Shown: positions 17,881 through 22,625 of the stretch, in pieces
Layout: each line of letters begins with the position of its first letter
Numbering within the stretch: the stretch's first letter is position 1
From: Promethearchaeota archaeon
Lineage (GTDB): Archaea > Asgardarchaeota > Lokiarchaeia > Sigyniarchaeales > SOKP01
Assembly (NCBI GenBank): GCA_048939015.1
Contig: JBHLPW010000069.1
Span: 1 to 22,625 of the forward strand
Length of the DNA stretch: 22,625 nt
Direction: 5' to 3'
Notes under the pieces: generated by a model
Databases searched by the model: none
Seen by the model: the letters and a program-made list of their open reading frames with translations, nothing else
What the model was told of the DNA's origin: nothing
Made by a program: the position numbers and the translations under genes

Positions 17881-18630
17881 ATGACTGATATTTTCACTGA
17901 CTTTGGAATTGTCGGACTTACGTTCTTTTACATCCTTTTAACAATTTTTATTCCCCTAATATTATATAAAAAGGAAAAAATAACGAAATTTGCAGCACGA
18001 AAATCAGTACATATGTTCGCGGGATTAGCAGTTTTAAGCTCTCCTTTTTATTTTTGGCCATTTTGGCCAACGATTATTGCAGGTACCTTGACTATATTAG
18101 TATATTTCAGCTCAAAAGAATCAAAAGTAAAGCAGTTAAAAGATTTATATGATGCAATATCTGAAGAACAAGAGGAAGGACTAAAGAGAGCTTTTCTTCA
18201 AGGTCCATTTTTCTACTGCCTTTCAATTACTTCTTTAGTACTAATTTTTGGAATTTTTGCTCGAGACCGATTCTATTTTCCGATCGCTGGAGTATTAATA
18301 ATGATAGTCGCTGATACTTTAGCTTCAGTTATAGGAAAACGATGGGGAAAGATAAGTATAAGTTTACCTTGGACAAATTCAAAGAGAACTCTTGAAGGGT
18401 CATTAACTTTCTTTATTTCAGCTTTTCTGTTATGTTTTCTTTCTTTTTTTCTCTTTGGTTTGTTAATTCCTACTTTTCAAGAGCCTTTAGCGTTACCCAC
18501 GATTTTAATATATTCTTTAATCACCAGTGCTATAGCAACTATAATCGAATTGATTTCTCCAAGCACATTTGATGATTTGACTGTACCAATAGGCAGTACT
18601 TTGATAATTTATCTCCTAACTTTAATTTAA
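17881..18630 (+). CDS. CTP-dependent lipid/isoprenoid-alcohol kinase (SEC59/DGK1/VTE5 family), integral membrane
   Basis: RKSVHMFAG, DTLASVIGKRWGK, KRTLEGS, DDLTVP; multiple TM helices. Confidence 0.85.
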   Translation: MTDIFTDFGIVGLTFFYILLTIFIPLILYKKEKITKFAARKSVHMFAGLAVLSSPFYFWPFWPTIIAGTLTILVYFSSKESKVKQLKDLYDAISEEQEEGLKRAFLQGPFFYCLSITSLVLIFGIFARDRFYFPIAGVLIMIVADTLASVIGKRWGKISISLPWTNSKRTLEGSLTFFISAFLLCFLSFFLFGLLIPTFQEPLALPTILIYSLITSAIATIIELISPSTFDDLTVPIGSTLIIYLLTLI

Positions 18631-18676
18631 TAATTTTCAATTTTTTATTCTTAATATTTATATAAGATATCTTAAT

Positions 18677-20068
18677 ATGGAAAATATAGTAAAATCCTTT
18701 GATGTAATAGTTGTAGGTGCTGGCACAGGAGGAGCTACTGCGGCCAGATTTACTGCAAGGAAAGGTTTAGATGTCTGTTTAATAGATAGAAAACCTAAAT
18801 TGAAGATTGGAGAAAAAATATGTGGCGATGCGGTAGGAAATGAAATTTTTGATTTCTTAAAGATTAACCATCCAAAAAATGAAGAACTTTCATGTTATAT
18901 AAAAGGGGCAAAATTATACTCACCAAACCTTAAGAAATGTATCACATTAGTGGATCCGAAACAAGCGGGATACATTGTAAATAGATTAGAATTCGGTCAA
19001 AGATTGTTAAATGAATCTTTAGATGCGGGTGTGAAGCAATTCTTAGATAATACAATGGCTTTAGACTTATTATATAAAAATGGAATTGTTAATGGGCTTC
19101 AAGTTAAATTAGAAAATAAAGAAAAAATAGACCTAAAAGCCAAAATCGTTATTGATGCAAGTGGGTTTTATTCTCCATTGAGAAAAAAAGTGAAAAGTGC
19201 CCTAATTGAAAAAAATGTACCGAAAAATGATAGTATTTTATGTTATCGCGAGATTGTGAAATTTTCGCCCTCTGAACAACAAGTAAATGATCCTGAATAC
19301 ATTACAATTATTTTAGATCAAGAAAAGGCTCCTGGAGGATACATCTGGTATTTTCCGAAAAATGAATCTACTATTAATATTGGAATTGGAACCTTTATGG
19401 ATTATCGAGGGAAAGTCAAGGATTTCTATAATAAAAATGTATTTCAAGAATTTGTTATTAGCTCCAATGTTGATATTCTCTCATCAGGGGGAGGTGTAGT
19501 TCCAGTAAGAAGACCACTATGGTCTTGTGCTGATAATGGATTTATGTTAGTAGGAGATGCAGCTTGTCAAGTTAATCCTCTTCATGGTGGAGGAATAGAT
19601 CCATCTATGAGGGCTGGATTTCATGCTGCTAATTCAGCTATTCACGCTATAGAAAATAATGATACTTCTATAAACAACCTATGGGATTATAATTATAATG
19701 TAATGACAAGCTTTGGAGCTGAATTTGCTTCATTAGATTTATTAAGAATAGTTTTACAAAATCTCTCAAATGAGGAATTGAATTTTGGTTTAGAACGAGA
19801 TTTGTTAAGTGGAGAAGAAATTTTAGAAATTTCCTCAACAGGAGGATTAAATTTATCTTTAATTAATATGGCAGTTAAAGCCTTTAAAGGGCTTTCCCAA
19901 CCTGATTTATTATTAGATCTTAATTATCTCAGAATTAGAATGAATGAAATTGCTAAACTTTATAAAAATTTTCCTAAAACTCTAGACCAATTTTCTAATT
20001 GGAAAGAAAAAGTTATCCAAATATATAATAAAATTGAAAAAATGATTGTGAATACAAAAAAAAAATAA
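18677..20068 (+). CDS. Digeranylgeranylglycerophospholipid reductase (geranylgeranyl reductase family, FAD)
   Basis: GAGTGG, KICGDA, signature PGGYIWYFP, GDAACQVNPLHGGGI; context next to GGGPS and DGGGPS. Confidence 0.92.
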   Translation: MENIVKSFDVIVVGAGTGGATAARFTARKGLDVCLIDRKPKLKIGEKICGDAVGNEIFDFLKINHPKNEELSCYIKGAKLYSPNLKKCITLVDPKQAGYIVNRLEFGQRLLNESLDAGVKQFLDNTMALDLLYKNGIVNGLQVKLENKEKIDLKAKIVIDASGFYSPLRKKVKSALIEKNVPKNDSILCYREIVKFSPSEQQVNDPEYITIILDQEKAPGGYIWYFPKNESTINIGIGTFMDYRGKVKDFYNKNVFQEFVISSNVDILSSGGGVVPVRRPLWSCADNGFMLVGDAACQVNPLHGGGIDPSMRAGFHAANSAIHAIENNDTSINNLWDYNYNVMTSFGAEFASLDLLRIVLQNLSNEELNFGLERDLLSGEEILEISSTGGLNLSLINMAVKAFKGLSQPDLLLDLNYLRIRMNEIAKLYKNFPKTLDQFSNWKEKVIQIYNKIEKMIVNTKKK

Positions 20069-20081
20069 AAATCTAATAGAT

Positions 20082-20909
20082 GTGAATTTTGTGGTTGATA
20101 TTATAATTGATGAGTTTATTGAAAATAGTACTTATGAGTTTTTAATAAAAAAAATCAATACTGAAGGAGCTTTACATTTTTCTCTAATTGATCCTGATCC
20201 ATTAAGGCAAGGACCTTCCAAAGCGGGAAAGATGGCTAAGTATGCTGCTGACGCTGGTACAGATGCTATTTTAATAGGGGGAAGTACAGTGTTTGATCAA
20301 ACTTTTGTTGATAAAACAATAATTGCAATAAAGGAAAAAGTTTCAGTACCAATTATCATATTTCCAGGAGGTATTAGTAATGTTTCCAAGCATGCTGACG
20401 CGATTTTTTTTATGTCATTACTGAACTCATCAGATCCTTATTCTATTATAGGGCAACAAGCCCTTGCTTCATATACTATTAAATCTTATAACTTAGAATA
20501 TATTTCAATGGCATATTTAATAATTGAACCTGGAGGCAGTGCAGGATGGATAGGTAATGCAAAATTACTGCCTAGAAAGAAACCAAAATTAACTGCTGCT
20601 TACGCATTAGCAGCAGAAATGTATGGTTTTAAAATTATCTATTTAGAAGCTGGTTCAGGAAGCGAAAAAATTCCTGTTGAACATATAAAAACATGTTCCT
20701 CAATTCTAAATATACCTATAATTGCAGGAGGAGGTGTTGATAACAAAGAAGATGCAAAGACCTTTGTAGACGCAGGAGCAGACATCATAGTGATGGGTAC
20801 ATACATCGAAAATCATATACTCAAGGATAATGGAAACTCGTTAAAAGTTATAATTGATGAAATTAAAAATGCTGGAAAATCTCAGAAAAAAAATTTTCCA
20901 ATAAGATAG
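20082..20909 (+). CDS. Geranylgeranylglyceryl phosphate synthase (group II GGGPS)
   Basis: HFSLIDPD, IGGST, FPG, SLLNS, YLIIEPG, AGWIG, YLEAGSG, AGGGV. The GTG start is uncertain (alternative at 20091). Confidence 0.93.
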   Translation: MNFVVDIIIDEFIENSTYEFLIKKINTEGALHFSLIDPDPLRQGPSKAGKMAKYAADAGTDAILIGGSTVFDQTFVDKTIIAIKEKVSVPIIIFPGGISNVSKHADAIFFMSLLNSSDPYSIIGQQALASYTIKSYNLEYISMAYLIIEPGGSAGWIGNAKLLPRKKPKLTAAYALAAEMYGFKIIYLEAGSGSEKIPVEHIKTCSSILNIPIIAGGGVDNKEDAKTFVDAGADIIVMGTYIENHILKDNGNSLKVIIDEIKNAGKSQKKNFPIR

Positions 20910-20922
20910 AGTGTATTTTCTC

Positions 20923-21795
20923 ATGAAATTAAAAGATACCATTGAAATTCTTCGACCTGTTAATGATCTAATGGGAAGTCTAACTGTTATTATAGGAATT
21001 TTAAATACAAGATTAGGAATTGACCCTATTAAGCTAATTATAAATCTAATTTTAGGTGTCCTTACTTATTTCTTTATTGCAGGTTCTGGGATGGTTATTA
21101 ATGATTATTACGACATTGAAATTGATAAAATTAATCGTCCTGAAAGACCTATTCCTAGAGGATCAATAACATTGAAACAAGCAAAGGTCTTATGGATAGT
21201 AACTTCTCTTATAGGCATCTTTATAGCTATTTTCAATAGTCTTTTGTTCAATATCGGATATTTGAATATTGTTATAGCTGTTTTTTTTGCATTTATAGGA
21301 TGGTTATATGCAGCTTGGGGTAAAAAAAGTGGATTCTTTGGAAATATTATTGTTAGTACATCCTTTTCGATAGGACTCATTTACGGAGCAGTTTTAAACA
21401 ATTCTATTATTCCTCCATATATCTATTTCTTCTTTTTAACCGCATTTTTTCTTTTATTATCTCGAGAAATTATTAAAGGATGTGAAGATATTGAAGGAGA
21501 TAAAAATGAAGGTGTAAAAACATTAGCTATTAGGATAGGGATCAAAAAATCGACGATAATTTCTTTAGTTTTTGCGATATTGGCTATAGTTTTCTTTATA
21601 TTACCTTATTTTACTAATATTCTAAATCCCTTGTTGTTTTTGATTTCTATGTTTTTTGGATTGGTATTAGTAATTTATACTATCATATTAATGCTTAAAT
21701 CTGACTTATTGAGAAAAGATTTTAAAAAAATTAGTTTATTGTTAAAAGTATCTATGTTTCTGGGATTAGTTGCTTTTATCTTTGCAAGCTTTTAA
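20923..21795 (+). CDS. Digeranylgeranylglyceryl phosphate synthase (UbiA prenyltransferase family)
   Basis: LRPVN, INDYYDIEIDKINRPERPIPRG, REIIKGCEDIEGD, multiple TM helices; follows GGGPS. ATG 20923 preferred over GTG 20911. Confidence 0.9.
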   Translation: MKLKDTIEILRPVNDLMGSLTVIIGILNTRLGIDPIKLIINLILGVLTYFFIAGSGMVINDYYDIEIDKINRPERPIPRGSITLKQAKVLWIVTSLIGIFIAIFNSLLFNIGYLNIVIAVFFAFIGWLYAAWGKKSGFFGNIIVSTSFSIGLIYGAVLNNSIIPPYIYFFFLTAFFLLLSREIIKGCEDIEGDKNEGVKTLAIRIGIKKSTIISLVFAILAIVFFILPYFTNILNPLLFLISMFFGLVLVIYTIILMLKSDLLRKDFKKISLLLKVSMFLGLVAFIFASF

Positions 21796-22623
21796 TAATT
21801 CCAAAATCCTATTAAAATCCTTTTTACTAATTAAATAATTTAATCTTTCCTTTATACTTTCATTTATATTGTAATAAGGAAAAGTTTGAATTAGTTTTCT
21901 AACTTGGGTTAAACCTAGATATTTTCTCGTATAATCTGCATCAGAATATTTATAAGTCGTGAGAAAATCGCTGTCTAATTTCTCTCTAAAAACTTCTAAA
22001 ATGAAATTGAAATATTTTCTTAACAAATATTGATCATTTGGTGTAAATTTTGACTCAAAGAATATTTGTATCGGATGAGTTCTGTATGTATTTCCTGATA
22101 CTAGAATTCCGTTAACTTTAAAATCTTCTGAGATAATTCCTAATCCTACTCTTCCTTCATAAGATCCTGTATCAACTGTTCTCACGTATAAAATGTTTGA
22201 CTTGATTCTCTTCTTTAAACTATTATTAACGTGCAAAATCAATGTTTTATATTTGTTATTTTGATATTTATTAGCATCAATAACAGAAATATCATTGTTA
22301 CCTTGATTTTGCTGTATATCTTTTTTTAATAAGTAATAATGCACGTTCAAAGGTTTCTGAACATAATATGTCTCCAGAAATTCATCAAATTCAGAACCAG
22401 CACGATATTTGAATTTTGGTTTAAGAATATACTTCTTTTCGAATAGATGATTATTGCTTTTTATCTTTATTCCATTAAATTCCACATTTTCAACTTTAGA
22501 TTCTTTTTTCTTAATAAAAAAAGCAATACATATATTCGTTCCTGTATATTCAAATATTTTAGTTTCAAAAATTACCATTCTTTTAATTTCATAACATTTT
22601 AGGAAATCTGTACGAAATTTATT
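21766..22623 (-). CDS. C-terminal part of a probable N6-adenine DNA methyltransferase / RM protein (5' end outside the window)
   Basis: The frame stays open to the window edge (NKFRTDFLKCYEIKRMVIFETKIFEYTGTNICIAFFIKK), resembling motifs VII-VIII of gamma-class MTases. Motifs I and IV are not visible. Confidence 0.6.
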   Translation of the reverse strand, partial: NKFRTDFLKCYEIKRMVIFETKIFEYTGTNICIAFFIKKKESKVENVEFNGIKIKSNNHLFEKKYILKPKFKYRAGSEFDEFLETYYVQKPLNVHYYLLKKDIQQNQGNNDISVIDANKYQNNKYKTLILHVNNSLKKRIKSNILYVRTVDTGSYEGRVGLGIISEDFKVNGILVSGNTYRTHPIQIFFESKFTPNDQYLLRKYFNFILEVFREKLDSDFLTTYKYSDADYTRKYLGLTQVRKLIQTFPYYNINESIKERLNYLISKKDFNRILELLKACKDKSN

Positions 22624-22625
22624 AG

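Noticed and set aside
17881-18630. CDP-archaeol synthase (CarS) call
   Set aside because: Context suggests it, but the RK.VH, D..A...G...G, K+T.EGS and DD..VP motifs fit the SEC59/DGK1/VTE5 kinases.
3014-21380. Short ORFs 3014-3334, 8838-9029, 10245-10430, 11374-11577, 11500-11691, 12309-12494, 13528-13731, 15448-15639, 16311-16523, 16803-16985 and 21108-21380
   Set aside because: Shadow or alternate-frame ORFs overlapping well-supported genes, with no recognisable features.
1-22625. CRISPR arrays, tRNA/rRNA, IS elements, inteins, complete RM or BREX system
   Set aside because: No repeat-spacer periodicity, GC-rich structured segment, transposase, intein motif or nuclease gene was seen by eye. 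The partner of the truncated right-edge gene cannot be assessed.

Overview
AT-rich, densely packed archaeal chromosomal segment. An ether-lipid cluster (GGR, group II GGGP synthase, DGGGP synthase) establishes the domain. An Asgard/Lokiarchaeia-like origin is my inference from composition and gene style only. Left to right: a DUF4130 + HhH radical SAM DNA-repair pair; a small hypothetical; an IolD-like ThDP enzyme; a minus-strand run of QueG/RDase-like Fe-S protein, ilvD, membrane M28 peptidase and an orphan N6-adenine MTase; two convergent paralogous Gfo/Idh/MocA dehydrogenases; a sulfatase-fold hydrolase divergent from an anaerobic sulfatase maturase (radical SAM/SPASM + SEC-C); a GH94-like enzyme divergent from a CTP-dependent lipid kinase-GGR-GGGPS-DGGGPS cluster; and the 3' part of a probable second MTase. 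The most striking signal is that the sulfatase has Thr (ACA), not Cys/Ser, at the formylglycine position (TIPVRRAIHTG) yet lies head-to-head with an apparently intact maturase. The wider locus may be an undescribed head-group/cyclitol catabolism and ether-lipid salvage system (inference). I recognised no RNA genes, CRISPR arrays or mobile elements by eye.
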